From an uncultured Staphylococcaceae bacterium (GTDB taxonomy: Bacteria; Bacillota_I; Bacilli_A; RFN20; CAG-826): a DNA stretch of 64,000 nucleotides. The notes below the pieces were generated by a model. That model was not told the DNA's origin. It was given only the letters and a program-made list of their open reading frames with translations, and did not search any database. Positions within the stretch are counted from its first letter, which is position 1. Each line of letters begins with the position of its first letter. Shown piece after piece: positions 28,500 through 38,768 of the stretch. Where the stretch lies: contig CAZXCV010000006.1 of NCBI GenBank assembly GCA_964639215.1, positions 410 to 64,409 on the forward strand, written 5' to 3'. The position numbers and the translations under genes were made by a program.

Positions 28500-29696
28500 T
28501 CACTCTGCTTTCTTCGCAATAAGCGCGACGCGTGGATCAAATAAAACAGTCGTTAAGTCGCCAACTAAATAAGCGGCGGTCGAGATAAACGCAAAGATAA
28601 TGACGAGTGCTTGAACAAATGTATTATCTTGTCGTTGAATGGCTGTGATTAACATATCACCGATACCGGGAATTAGGAACACCCGTTCAACGAAGTAACT
28701 GCCCATCATTGCGAATAAGAAGGCGGTTGGAATTGTTCTAACAAATGGAACGAGCGCATTTCGAAATACGTGTTTAAACAAAATCGTATTTTCCGATAGT
28801 CCTTTGGCACGTGCAAATTTGACATAATCGGCATTAAGTTCATCGACCATGAAGCGGCGAACCCAAAGCGATATTTCAGCGGCACCAGCGATACCGACGA
28901 TAATCATCGGTGGCACAAGCGACCATTCATTACTTGGTTGATATTGGAACGGAATTGCCCATTCTGGGTAATTTTTTAATAAAATGACATAAATCGTGTA
29001 GTAATAAACGATTGGTGGAATTGAGTTCATGATGACGATGAAGACGTTCCCGAGACGATCGGCGAGGCGATCGTGATATTTTGCCATAATAATGCCAAGC
29101 GGATAGCCGAGCGCGATTTCAACAATGACAGCGCCGACGCCAACCGTGAATGATTTGGGCATTTGTTCAAGAATAATCGGGAGCACGTTCGCGCCAGGAT
29201 AAATATTGAAGGAATTACCGAAGTTGACAAGAATAATTCTTGTTTCAGTACAAACGAAGACATTTAAGGCCGTATCCCATTGCTCAGCGGCACAAACCGT
29301 TTTGGGGATAAAGGGTAAGATTTGATAGAAATAATTAAACAATTGTTCAAGGACTGGTTTATCAAGTCCTAATTTAGCGAGAACCGCATTAATGATGAGG
29401 GGGCGCATATTGATGGGAAACTTACTAATGAATGCGACGAAGTATGTTTCTACCGGCAGCATTCTTAATAATAAGAATGTCGCGATGATCACGAGGAATA
29501 TCGTCAGTAAGGCACTACCGATACGCCGCAAAGAATAAGCAATCAATGGATGATTGCGCATGAACTCTTTAATCTTTCGAGATGGTTTTTTTATGACTTC
29601 AAGTACTTTTTTAAAGCCATCGCGAAAGCTTCCTTTTTTCGGAGTTTCGTTCTTGTTTTCAAGGATTTCACTCATATGCATATGCCCCTTTAGCAT
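28500..29696 (-). CDS. oppB: Oligopeptide ABC transporter permease OppB (long N-terminal region)
   Basis: 398 aa. C-terminal EAA-like loop region. Start codon choice uncertain. Confidence 0.7.
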   Translation of the reverse strand: MLKGHMHMSEILENKNETPKKGSFRDGFKKVLEVIKKPSRKIKEFMRNHPLIAYSLRRIGSALLTIFLVIIATFLLLRMLPVETYFVAFISKFPINMRPLIINAVLAKLGLDKPVLEQLFNYFYQILPFIPKTVCAAEQWDTALNVFVCTETRIILVNFGNSFNIYPGANVLPIILEQMPKSFTVGVGAVIVEIALGYPLGIIMAKYHDRLADRLGNVFIVIMNSIPPIVYYYTIYVILLKNYPEWAIPFQYQPSNEWSLVPPMIIVGIAGAAEISLWVRRFMVDELNADYVKFARAKGLSENTILFKHVFRNALVPFVRTIPTAFLFAMMGSYFVERVFLIPGIGDMLITAIQRQDNTFVQALVIIFAFISTAAYLVGDLTTVLFDPRVALIAKKAE

Positions 29697-29716
29697 CGGA
29701 TTTTATTTTGAAAGAA

Positions 29717-29747
29717 GGGGCAAAATGAACCATTTTCATTTTGCCCC
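29717..29747 (-). terminator. Perfect 13 bp hairpin between oppA and oppB (partial terminator / mRNA stabiliser)
   Basis: GGGGCAAAATGAA-ccatt-TTCATTTTGCCCC. On the operon strand it is followed by a moderately U-rich uucuuucaaaauaaaau. Confidence 0.55.
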
Positions 29748-29808
29748 ATTGGTAATCTAGTATCGTCTGACAGTGTGAACGAAATCAGCCCAACTGTCAA
29801 TGAACATT

Positions 29809-31887
29809 TTAGTCTTCGACTTCAGCAGCGAATTTATCGCGGAAGTATGCGACTTGGTCACTTGTTAACACCGTGGTGTAAACAACGACGAATTTGAATT
29901 TGTCAGCACTATTTCCATAAAGTGTATTTGGAATCGTGCGTGGTTGAATCTTCGAGACGGAGACCGATGTTCCAGCGGAGTACGGTTTCATGAACGGGAT
30001 AATGACCGCGTCTTCAAAGATTAACTGATACTCAGCGGCGGCATAAGCTTCAAACCGATCTTCAAGATCGACGATAGCATCAGCAGCAGCGAGTAAGGCA
30101 TCGTATTCGCCAAGAACTGTTTGGGCAAGTGTCGGATCAGTTAAACCTAAGTTCGGCGTTAAGTCGCCACCAATCTTGAATGTATTTAAGAAGGTGGAAG
30201 GATCACCGTAGTCTGGTCCCCAACCGAAGTTGCCAATTTGCATTGAATAGTGATAGTTGTAGAAAGCGTTAGTTGATGTAGCAGTAGTACGAATCCTATT
30301 ATCGAGCACTTGGAACGGAGCACTATTATAAGTGACGGTACCAATTGAGTTGGTAATCGAATTCACAACGGCCGTGTAGTAAGGCGTCAAGTTGGCATTT
30401 TGTAAGAACCAGTATTCAGCCTTAATTGGGAAGGTAACGCCAGCAGCTTGAAGTTGTGGAATCGCGAGGACCATTTCGGCTTGTGCCGCTGTTACATTGC
30501 GGTATCCCGCTGTTCCAGGAGCGATTAAAGCACGAGCTGCTTCGACGGTAATCGATTTTTCTTCAGCATACTTTTCGTACATGTATTCAACATAGTCTTT
30601 ACCATTACTATCAACGACTAAGCCGTTAATCGTATAGAGGTGGGTTGTCCAATCGTTTGGTGAACTTGGAGTCCGACGAGCATTGAGTGCTCCTTTGTCA
30701 ATACCAAGCATGTAGGCGCGACGGAAGTGTTTGTTTGCCATTGCTTTTTCAAGGTTAGTGACTTCGGCTTCAGTCAAATCGGTATCCACGAGTGGACGCG
30801 GACGTTTGTAGTTGAAACTCATATAGTAGGAAGCATAGTAGTTCGTTCCAACTGTGGTATAGGCGTTTGGATGAGCTGGATTTTCTTTCGTTCCAGTACC
30901 AGCGGCACCTTCAACGTATTTTTCCCAGCCGGCGGTATCGTTTTGACTAACGGTGAAACCGTCAATAACGCCAGATTCAAATTGCATACGTGCCCAGTTG
31001 AAGTCAGCATCTTCAGGGACATAAGTGTGAAGAACTTGATCAACTTTAACATTGTGAGCTTCCCAGTATTTGGGGTTCTTTAAGTAAATCATAGCGTTGC
31101 TTTCAACGTATGATTGCAGTAAGAATGCTCCGTTATAAGCGATTTTGTGTTGCGCTTGGCTTGGAGTCGTAATGACACCATAGCTATCCCAACCACCAAT
31201 GTCTTGAACGAATTGACGGCTAATTGGGAAGAAGACGGAGTAAGTAAGAACTGTTGGGAAGTAGCTCATAGCTTTTGGTAAGGTGAATTGAAGCGTATCG
31301 TCATCAACCGCTTTAACACCGACCGTTGCAAAATCTGGTTTTGCATTACTTGAATCTTCTTGATGTGCAGCCATGGCTGTGTAATAGTCTTCGGCGCCAT
31401 CAATGAACATGAAGTAGAGGTAGACAACTTCTGAAGCGTTGATTGGATCAAGCGCTTGTTCGGCGGCATAAACCCAGTCATCAGCTTTCACTGGTAATAG
31501 TGTTTGACCATAAGCATTAACCCAATTGGTGTCACGGATTTCAAACGTCCATTTTTGTTTGCCGCTTGCTAGGTCTTCAAATGACCAGGATTCCGCGAGT
31601 GATGGAACGATTCGCCCATGGACATCGTTCTCAACAAGCCCATCAATAAAGTTAGCGATGTGCTGCGAGTTGGGTTGTTCGTTAGTCTTGACACTATTGA
31701 ACGTCGTCGGATTGGTTCCAAATGTCGTCCTGTATGTCAATGAGAGTGCCAAACCTTCTGGTATCTCACTTGATGCCGGTACTTGTGATGACGATGATGG
31801 TACCGATGACACTGGGGACGATCCGCATCCAGCCATTAAAATAACAGCGAGGGGTGCGATTAAGAGCCCGAAATAGTGCTTTCTCAT
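29809..31887 (-). CDS. oppA: Oligopeptide-binding lipoprotein OppA (family 5 SBP)
   Basis: 692 aa. Lipobox LMAGCGSS, Ser-rich linker, SBP_bac_5-like body. Confidence 0.75.
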   Translation of the reverse strand: MRKHYFGLLIAPLAVILMAGCGSSPVSSVPSSSSQVPASSEIPEGLALSLTYRTTFGTNPTTFNSVKTNEQPNSQHIANFIDGLVENDVHGRIVPSLAESWSFEDLASGKQKWTFEIRDTNWVNAYGQTLLPVKADDWVYAAEQALDPINASEVVYLYFMFIDGAEDYYTAMAAHQEDSSNAKPDFATVGVKAVDDDTLQFTLPKAMSYFPTVLTYSVFFPISRQFVQDIGGWDSYGVITTPSQAQHKIAYNGAFLLQSYVESNAMIYLKNPKYWEAHNVKVDQVLHTYVPEDADFNWARMQFESGVIDGFTVSQNDTAGWEKYVEGAAGTGTKENPAHPNAYTTVGTNYYASYYMSFNYKRPRPLVDTDLTEAEVTNLEKAMANKHFRRAYMLGIDKGALNARRTPSSPNDWTTHLYTINGLVVDSNGKDYVEYMYEKYAEEKSITVEAARALIAPGTAGYRNVTAAQAEMVLAIPQLQAAGVTFPIKAEYWFLQNANLTPYYTAVVNSITNSIGTVTYNSAPFQVLDNRIRTTATSTNAFYNYHYSMQIGNFGWGPDYGDPSTFLNTFKIGGDLTPNLGLTDPTLAQTVLGEYDALLAAADAIVDLEDRFEAYAAAEYQLIFEDAVIIPFMKPYSAGTSVSVSKIQPRTIPNTLYGNSADKFKFVVVYTTVLTSDQVAYFRDKFAAEVED

Positions 31888-32153
31888 AGTTTTACCTCCT
31901 TATGAATATAGAAAACTAATTTATTCCCGCACTACCGGAGAATAAGATAGCGTTATTTTACGATAGGGATGTATGATTGTCAATAAAACGAAGTAATAAA
32001 TAAATATGACATAATCGGTATTTTTTAATAAAAAAAAGACTTTTTTGTTATTTATTTCTCATTTTTTATCGATAATGAATACTAATATTTGTTTTTTTGT
32101 TGTGTATGTTTCCGCTTTCATATATATTATTTTTCGTCCGAGGAGGCGAAAAA

Positions 32154-32561
32154 TTGTTTTATTGGAAGAACATATTATATGGATTTATCGCTGCAGTGGT
32201 CATAACTTTGATTACTTTTTTAGCGTTTGTGATCGTCTTCCCCGACCTTTATGGCGTTAATCGCTATTTCTATTGGGGAAATTCCATTGTTTTATTTACC
32301 TTTTTTGGTGTCATCGGCGCTGCATTTGTCAATTGGTCAACCACGCGTCGGATCCAAAAAGTCACAAAAAATCGCTATCAAAAAATCACTTGGGAACATC
32401 CAGATAAAATCAAGTATTACAATACCAATCGCGCCATGTATTGGATTGGGATTTGGGGTGCTCTAATATATTCGCTTCTTTATGCACTAGACATCATTCG
32501 CCTTGACTTAGACCAATTTGGGACTGTTATTCGGATTTTATTGATTCTATTAAATTATTAA
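32154..32561 (+). CDS. Small membrane protein (4 TM), unknown
   Basis: TTG at 32154 preceded by GAGGAGG. The ORF is listed from 32097. Confidence 0.3.
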   Translation: MFYWKNILYGFIAAVVITLITFLAFVIVFPDLYGVNRYFYWGNSIVLFTFFGVIGAAFVNWSTTRRIQKVTKNRYQKITWEHPDKIKYYNTNRAMYWIGIWGALIYSLLYALDIIRLDLDQFGTVIRILLILLNY

Positions 32562-32593
32562 TGCGCGCACGTGAAGGCGCTTATACTGATCAT

Positions 32594-32624
32594 TAAAAAA
32601 GAGACACGGGCGTGTCTCTTTTAT
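32594..32624. terminator. Bidirectional rho-independent terminator (htpG / small ORF)
   Basis: AAAAAAGAGACACG-GGC-GTGTCTCTTTT. Confidence 0.7.
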
Positions 32625-32625
32625 C

Positions 32626-34548
32626 TTATTCTTTTGGTGATGTTTCAATCATGAGTTCAATCATAGTGTTTGAAAATTCAAGGGGATTTTCTAACGGGAA
32701 ACCCTCGATTAATAATGCCTGTGAATATAATAGATCAGCGTATTTAGCGAGGCGCATTGGGTCTTTGAGATACAATCGCTCTAACGCTTTGAAAAGTTCG
32801 TGATGGGGATTAATCTCAAGAATGCGTTCTGCTTTGGGTTTTTGTTCTTGATTCGTTTGTTGTAAAACTTTTTCCATCTCAAACGAAACGCCCTCACCAC
32901 TCACGAGACATACGGGTGAATCAGCAAGGCGTTTGGAGATAACGACATCACTGACCTTACCAGCTAATAACTCTTTGATTTTGTCTAGGAGCGATTTTTT
33001 CTGTTCTTTGAGTTCGTTATATGTCTTTTGTTCGTCTTTACTTAAATCATCAAATGCGCCTTGATTAATCGATTTAAATTTTTTGCCATCGTATTCATCA
33101 AGGATTGATAGTGCAAATTCATCGATATCATCGCTTAAAACGAGCACGTCATAACCTTCTTTTTTAATGCGGTCCATCTGCGGCATTGCCTTGACGGCAT
33201 CCTTGGTTTTCGCCGAAGCAAAATAAATGGCTTTTTGGTCCTTTTTCATCGCCTCGACATATTTCTTAAGTGTAATTGGTTTTTCTTCGTTGAGCGTTGC
33301 GTAAACAAGCAAATCTTTTAATGAATCTTTTTTAATCCCAAATAGTTCGTACAAACCATATTTTAAGTTGATGCCATATAATTTAAAAAATTCGAGGTAT
33401 TTATCGTAATCACTCGTTTTAAGTTTTTCAAGCTCGTTGAGGATTTTCTTTTCAAGTGCTTCGGCAATCTTAGCAATTTGTTTATTTTGTTGCACCATTT
33501 CTCGGGAAATATTGAGTGAAATATCGGGCGAGTCAACGAGCCCTTTCATAAATCGTAAATAGTTAGGCACTAAATCTTTGCAGGCATCCATGATGAAGAC
33601 GCCTTTCGCGTAGAGTTTTAATCCACGTTCATAAGATTCATCATATAAGTTGTAAGGTGGATGACTGGGAATAAAGAGTAAGGCACTATAAGAAATGAGA
33701 CCTTCGACATTGACAAAGAAACTCTTTAATGGTCCCTCATAATCCGAAAATTTATTTTTGTAGAAATCAGTCAAAGCTTCATCAGTGACTTCGCTTCTAG
33801 TTTTTCGCCACAAAGGAATCATCGAATTTAGTGTTTCGAGAACAACTTTTTTTACATATTTGCCTTCGATTGGCTTGCCCTCTTTATCGAGTTTTGCCAC
33901 TTCTTGTTCGTTTTCCATGTTGATGGGATAGCGAATGTAGTCAGAATATTTTTTAACGAGATTTCTAATGGTATGCGCTTCGAGAAATTCATCGTATTTA
34001 TCTTCATCTTGATTGTCGCGCAAATATAGCGTAATCACGGTACCAACGCCATCTTTTTCAATTTCTTCAATCGTATAGCTTTCAGTGCCGTCGCTACTAA
34101 AGCGATAGGCTTTGTCACTCATGGGCGATTTTGTTTCGACAATGACTTTCTTTGCTACCATGAACGCGCTATAGAAACCGACCCCAAATTGACCGATGAG
34201 TTCCGCTTCGGTTTTAATTTTTTCGTCCGAAACTTTTTTTAAAAACTCGCGCGATCCACTCGCGGCAATCGTACCAAGATTATCGTTAAGTTCATCATAG
34301 GTCATACCAATGCCATTATCGGCGATCTTTAACCACCGTTTCTTTTTGTTTGATTCAAGGCGAATTTCATAATCGCTACGTTTGGGTAATTTTTCATCAG
34401 TTAACGATAAGACGTGATACTTATCAATCGCATCCGAACCATTGGAAATAAGCTCACGTAAAAATATTTCGCGATTCGTATAGATAGAATGAACCATTAA
34501 TTCGAGTAATCGTTTCGATTCCGTTTTAAAAAGTCGTGTTTCTGCCAT
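32626..34548 (-). CDS. htpG: Molecular chaperone HtpG (Hsp90)
   Basis: 640 aa. N-terminal GHKL ATPase motifs LISNGSDAIDK, IGQFGVGFYSAFMVA. Confidence 0.9.
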   Translation of the reverse strand: MAETRLFKTESKRLLELMVHSIYTNREIFLRELISNGSDAIDKYHVLSLTDEKLPKRSDYEIRLESNKKKRWLKIADNGIGMTYDELNDNLGTIAASGSREFLKKVSDEKIKTEAELIGQFGVGFYSAFMVAKKVIVETKSPMSDKAYRFSSDGTESYTIEEIEKDGVGTVITLYLRDNQDEDKYDEFLEAHTIRNLVKKYSDYIRYPINMENEQEVAKLDKEGKPIEGKYVKKVVLETLNSMIPLWRKTRSEVTDEALTDFYKNKFSDYEGPLKSFFVNVEGLISYSALLFIPSHPPYNLYDESYERGLKLYAKGVFIMDACKDLVPNYLRFMKGLVDSPDISLNISREMVQQNKQIAKIAEALEKKILNELEKLKTSDYDKYLEFFKLYGINLKYGLYELFGIKKDSLKDLLVYATLNEEKPITLKKYVEAMKKDQKAIYFASAKTKDAVKAMPQMDRIKKEGYDVLVLSDDIDEFALSILDEYDGKKFKSINQGAFDDLSKDEQKTYNELKEQKKSLLDKIKELLAGKVSDVVISKRLADSPVCLVSGEGVSFEMEKVLQQTNQEQKPKAERILEINPHHELFKALERLYLKDPMRLAKYADLLYSQALLIEGFPLENPLEFSNTMIELMIETSPKE

Positions 34549-34564
34549 AATAAACTCCTGTTCA

Positions 34565-34612
34565 GTCGCTATTTTACCATATTTACTAGCACTGTCAAGT
34601 AATGAGTGCTAA
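34565..34612 (-). promoter_or_regulatory. htpG promoter (TTGACA-16-TGgTAAAAT) with CIRCE-like inverted repeat overlapping the -35
   Basis: CTAGCACTG-TCAAGTAAT-GAGTGCTAA at 34586-34612, compared with the CIRCE consensus TTAGCACTC-N9-GAGTGCTAA. On the minus strand the -35 (plus 34593-34598) and -10 (plus 34571-34576) lie in and next to the repeat. Confidence 0.6.
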
Positions 34613-35799
34613 CGTTTGAACATAACGCGTTCGCTGCTAAACATTCTTATGAGTAACAAGGCGAATAAACCCGCATATGCAATTGAAGATAAACCAGCAA
34701 TCGCAACATTAAGCCACGATGTATTAAACGAGAAAATGCCCACCAACGCCTGTGTTGGCCCATAAATTGGAATTAGATATAATAAAGCGCTCATTGCTGC
34801 TCCATTTCCAAACATCGTCGTAATACCAATGAGCAATGTCACAATCATAAACGGCATCGCTAATGCACTAGCTTCCTTAACTGATTTTGAATAGGCTGAT
34901 AAAATCGCCAAAAATGAAACAATCAATAAGACGATTGAGACGATCAAAAAGATAATCCCCAAATAATCGATCACAAATAAATAATCAAATGCTCCTTGCG
35001 TTGCTTCACCTTGCATCCCCATAATTTTCGGAAGCGATAAAATCGTCCCAAGAAAACTTGATACGGCTGCCAGTGACGCCAATAACGATAAAGCAACAAT
35101 TTTGCCGATGGCCAATTCGTGACGTTTTATCGGTGTTACAAGCAGTGTCGCAATCGTGCCCCGTTCTTTCTCTCCAGCAATTGATTCTGGGGTGACTGCA
35201 AGACATCCAGAAAATAGGAACGACAAAATCAAGAACGGCAAAATCATTGATAACATCATGCCAAGTGTGTCTGCTTCACTGGCTAAATCATAATCTAAAT
35301 CACTGTCGTGATTGAAATTAATGACATTGCTAAGACTGACTTCATAAGCATCGATTAAACCACCAATTAGATAGTAGGCCTTTTGTGATTCTGGCTTCGT
35401 TGAGTTATAGAACACGCTAATGTCTGGTGCTAAAGCTCCCGAGGTTATCGCATCATCAACTAATTGATCAAAATCAGTAGGAAAGACCATCAAGATATCA
35501 ATATCTTTATTTTCGATTTCAGTTTTAATATCGTTGATGTCTGCTTCAGTTACTTCGGTAATTTCTAGTGACATTTCGCTCGTGGTTAATAATGTATCAA
35601 TGCTTACAGGTAGATTCACAACTTTCACGATTGGCACATAGGTTGGATCGCCATCAAATCGTCCAATCAGTGCGTCGCCCATAATCGAATAAATGCCATA
35701 AATCATAAGACCTGGAAGTATTAGAGTGGTCAAAACAAGGCGCATATCCTTAAAAAAGCGATGGAGTTCTTTTTTAATAATTGTCATGATGTTTTTCAT
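34609..35799 (-). CDS. ABC-2 family transporter permease
   Basis: 396 aa. N-terminal TM, large extracytoplasmic region, C-terminal 5-TM bundle. Confidence 0.6.
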   Translation of the reverse strand: MKNIMTIIKKELHRFFKDMRLVLTTLILPGLMIYGIYSIMGDALIGRFDGDPTYVPIVKVVNLPVSIDTLLTTSEMSLEITEVTEADINDIKTEIENKDIDILMVFPTDFDQLVDDAITSGALAPDISVFYNSTKPESQKAYYLIGGLIDAYEVSLSNVINFNHDSDLDYDLASEADTLGMMLSMILPFLILSFLFSGCLAVTPESIAGEKERGTIATLLVTPIKRHELAIGKIVALSLLASLAAVSSFLGTILSLPKIMGMQGEATQGAFDYLFVIDYLGIIFLIVSIVLLIVSFLAILSAYSKSVKEASALAMPFMIVTLLIGITTMFGNGAAMSALLYLIPIYGPTQALVGIFSFNTSWLNVAIAGLSSIAYAGLFALLLIRMFSSERVMFKR

Positions 35800-36608
35800 A
35801 ATGTGCGCCCCATTTGTTCTTCATACAACTCAAAGAAAACATCTTCAAGCGGCCGACCATCGCATACATCACCCAATGTTCCTTCTTTAATTAAGCGCCC
35901 ATCGATAATGATGCCGACATCCGTGCAAATTCGTTCGACTAAACTAAAAATGTGCGTCGAAACAATAATCGTCTTGCCACGACTTTTTAATTCAAGGAGA
36001 AAATCAGTCACTATCTTCGCTGTCAAAACATCGAGACCATTCGTCGGTTCATCAAAAATAATAAAATCCGGATCGTGAACAAGTGAGATTGCCAGCGAAG
36101 CTTTCTGTTTCATACCTGTTGATAGATTAGCAACTTTAACCTCGCTGAAGGCATCGATGCCAAAGCGATTGAATAATTCCTTCTGACGCTTTTTGGCAAG
36201 ATCTTCAGGAACTTGATGTAACTTTGCAAAAAATCTAAACAAATAACTTGGACTAAAGAAATCTTCAAGTTTTAGTTCGCTTGTCAAAAATCCAATCTTC
36301 CCACGAACTAAATCGGGTTCCAATTTAACTGAATGACCAAAGACAGTTGCATCGCCCTGATCAGCTTTTATTAGTGTTGCGATAATGCGTAGGGCTGTCG
36401 TTTTACCCGCTCCATTAGGACCGAGTAAGCCATATATTTGCCCAGGAAAAATCTGAAATGAGACACCACTTAGAGCTTTTACGAGTGGGGTGTGCAGATT
36501 TAGTAATTTTTGCTGTTTTCGATTGAGACTGAATGATTTATAAAGGTTATTAACTTCAAGAACCGGTTTCATGATACTTACCTCACTCTTTAGTGTTAAC
36601 TTATTCAT
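35796..36608 (-). CDS. ABC transporter ATP-binding protein (partner of the ABC-2 permease)
   Basis: Walker A GPNGAGKTT, signature LSTGMKQK, Walker B IIFDEPT. An alternative start is MKPVLEV at 36572. Confidence 0.75.
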   Translation of the reverse strand: MNKLTLKSEVSIMKPVLEVNNLYKSFSLNRKQQKLLNLHTPLVKALSGVSFQIFPGQIYGLLGPNGAGKTTALRIIATLIKADQGDATVFGHSVKLEPDLVRGKIGFLTSELKLEDFFSPSYLFRFFAKLHQVPEDLAKKRQKELFNRFGIDAFSEVKVANLSTGMKQKASLAISLVHDPDFIIFDEPTNGLDVLTAKIVTDFLLELKSRGKTIIVSTHIFSLVERICTDVGIIIDGRLIKEGTLGDVCDGRPLEDVFFELYEEQMGRTL

Positions 36609-37143
36609 CGTTTGCTTCTCGTTTAATCGTGTTCATGCCTACGCGTGTGATGACATATTTAATGATTGGAAATTGAATTATGAAAGAAAGTGTCATATTG
36701 AGGTTTTTAATAATTAAATCCGCCCATTGGCCACCGATTAGTTGCGCTAGTGGGATGCGCACGAGTGTTGGAACATATAATTGTAGGAAGAAAACGGTGA
36801 TGACCATGACAATATATAATAGTCCACTTAACCATATATTATTCGTTGCCCTGAATGTCACCTTACGTTGCATAAAAAAATTGAATGTTTGGGAAATGGC
36901 AAACGACAAGGCAAACGAGAGAAAGGCGGTAAGTCCTCCATTTGCAATCGAATAATCGAGTAACCACCAATTGAAGACAATCTGCCGGAAAGATGTAAAC
37001 ACCAAATAATTGAACAAAGCGAAAGTGCCCAAATCGACCAATGTGGTCAGCATGCTCATTAATGTGAATAGGATGAATTGAACCCAGGTTTTCTTTCTTG
37101 CCTGGTTGAACCTTACACCGAAGTTTTCCTTTTTATTTGTCAT
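36601..37143 (-). CDS. GtrA-like small membrane protein (4 TM)
   Basis: 180 aa. N-terminal KKTWVQFILFTLMSMLTTLVDLGTFALF resembles the GtrA family motif. Confidence 0.35.
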   Translation of the reverse strand: MTNKKENFGVRFNQARKKTWVQFILFTLMSMLTTLVDLGTFALFNYLVFTSFRQIVFNWWLLDYSIANGGLTAFLSFALSFAISQTFNFFMQRKVTFRATNNIWLSGLLYIVMVITVFFLQLYVPTLVRIPLAQLIGGQWADLIIKNLNMTLSFIIQFPIIKYVITRVGMNTIKREANDE

Positions 37144-37146
37144 CGG

Positions 37147-38655
37147 TCACTCAGTGGCTACCACAGGCTCAGGTTTACGTTTAAACTCCCGTGATGTCTG
37201 TTTGGTAATATCTTTCTGCCAATCGGCGCGATGATAGACAATAAACGCAATGATTGCCCGAATAATCTCGATAAATCGATCGATGATAAAAACAAAAATC
37301 ATCAGGTTAATCTGGAGGCCAAACGCTTTAAACATTGACTGTAGAAATTGGCTATTCGTCATAATGTTTGGAAACACGAACACGAATAAGGTAATAATCG
37401 GAGCTTTAATCAATAAGTAAGGAATGTTTGTAATAAAGATCGGAGATTTCGTATATCCACCAGCACGAGTAATAAAAATAACGTTAATTGAATAAAATAA
37501 GAATGGTAAGGCCAGCGCTTGTAAGATCATCGTCACCGCTAATAACTGATTGGCCGCAGCGTCAAATGAAAACATTACTTGAATAAGCGGAATAAGACTG
37601 ACCATGATGATTACCGTCACAAAACTCATCATCAAAATGTAACCAATCTGCCACCTGGCATTTCGTTTTGCCTCTTCAATTTTGCCGGCGCCAAGTCGCG
37701 ATCCAACCATAATTGCGGCAGCTGTGCCCATGCCGCCAATAAAAGCAAAAATGAGATCAACAACACGCGTTGACAAATTGATCGCCGCAATGTTTGAGGC
37801 ATTGCCAAGCTCGACACGCGAATAAACAAAAAACATATAAACTGCCAACCCTTCGGTCAATGCCTGAGCGAGTACCATTGGCCAGCCTTTTCTAAGAATA
37901 TTTGTTGAAAATGAGCGTGGGATTGTAAATAGCTCCGTAAAACTGCCATAAAATTCAGGTTTGTATCTGAAATAGAAAATCAAGAGGACGGCTAGTTCAA
38001 CGCTTCGAGATATCAGTGTGGCGACGGCCGCACCAATAACACCCATACCGAGTGGGTAGATAAAAATATAATTTAAAATCAAGTTACATAGCGCCGCAAA
38101 GCCACTTGAAATGAGCGGAATCGTCGTCTTTTTAATGGCGCGGAGACAGAATGAGATAGCAACGCTCAGCGAGTAAGGAATAAATGTCCAGGCAACGATT
38201 GCTAAATATTTAGTACCAAGATCAAGCATTTCTTGACCCGAACCAACACCGGTCGAGAAGAAATAAATTATTTCTTGGCGAAAAAAGAAACCTAGAATAA
38301 GTGAACCAAGTCCAAAACCAATTGTTAACTTAAGACATAGTCCAAACACTTTTTTCATGGCTTCTTTATTATTAGCACCAAAATATTGAGCAATAAAAAT
38401 CGTGCAAGAAATTGCTAGTAAGATCATCACGTTTTCAAATGTCGTCATATACCGCCCGGCAATCATGACTGCCGCTGCCGATATTTCACTACCGCCACTA
38501 CCAAACATTTCATTGCCCCAGCGTCCAATCATTGCCGAATCCATCAGGTTGACACTCGCTGAAATCAATTGTTGCAGGGCAATCGGAAAAGCAACGAAAA
38601 ACATCTCTTTGTAAAATTCTTTGTTACCAATATAACGTTTGAAAAAAGCTTTCAT
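37147..38655 (-). CDS. MATE family efflux transporter
   Basis: 502 aa, 12 TM, typical MATE N-terminus FPIALQQLISASVNLMDSAMIG. Confidence 0.75.
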   Translation of the reverse strand: MKAFFKRYIGNKEFYKEMFFVAFPIALQQLISASVNLMDSAMIGRWGNEMFGSGGSEISAAAVMIAGRYMTTFENVMILLAISCTIFIAQYFGANNKEAMKKVFGLCLKLTIGFGLGSLILGFFFRQEIIYFFSTGVGSGQEMLDLGTKYLAIVAWTFIPYSLSVAISFCLRAIKKTTIPLISSGFAALCNLILNYIFIYPLGMGVIGAAVATLISRSVELAVLLIFYFRYKPEFYGSFTELFTIPRSFSTNILRKGWPMVLAQALTEGLAVYMFFVYSRVELGNASNIAAINLSTRVVDLIFAFIGGMGTAAAIMVGSRLGAGKIEEAKRNARWQIGYILMMSFVTVIIMVSLIPLIQVMFSFDAAANQLLAVTMILQALALPFLFYSINVIFITRAGGYTKSPIFITNIPYLLIKAPIITLFVFVFPNIMTNSQFLQSMFKAFGLQINLMIFVFIIDRFIEIIRAIIAFIVYHRADWQKDITKQTSREFKRKPEPVVATE

Positions 38656-38728
38656 GATAGTTCCGAATTATTGTATGTTAAAATCATTGTTTTTTAAATA
38701 CTCGGACCATTAAATCGCTTTATTAAAT

Positions 38729-38757
38729 AAAAAAAGCGCTCGTGTTGAGCGCTTTTG
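38729..38757 (-). terminator. Rho-independent terminator downstream of hsp20
   Basis: Minus-strand aagcgctcaacacgagcgcuuuuuuuauuu. Confidence 0.6.
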
Positions 38758-38768
38758 CTTCCCAGTGG

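Noticed and set aside
34586-34612. TTGGCAC-like sequence as a possible sigma-54 (-24/-12) promoter
   Set aside because: There is no TTGCA at the right spacing. The palindromic GCACT...GAGTGCTAA pattern fits CIRCE far better.
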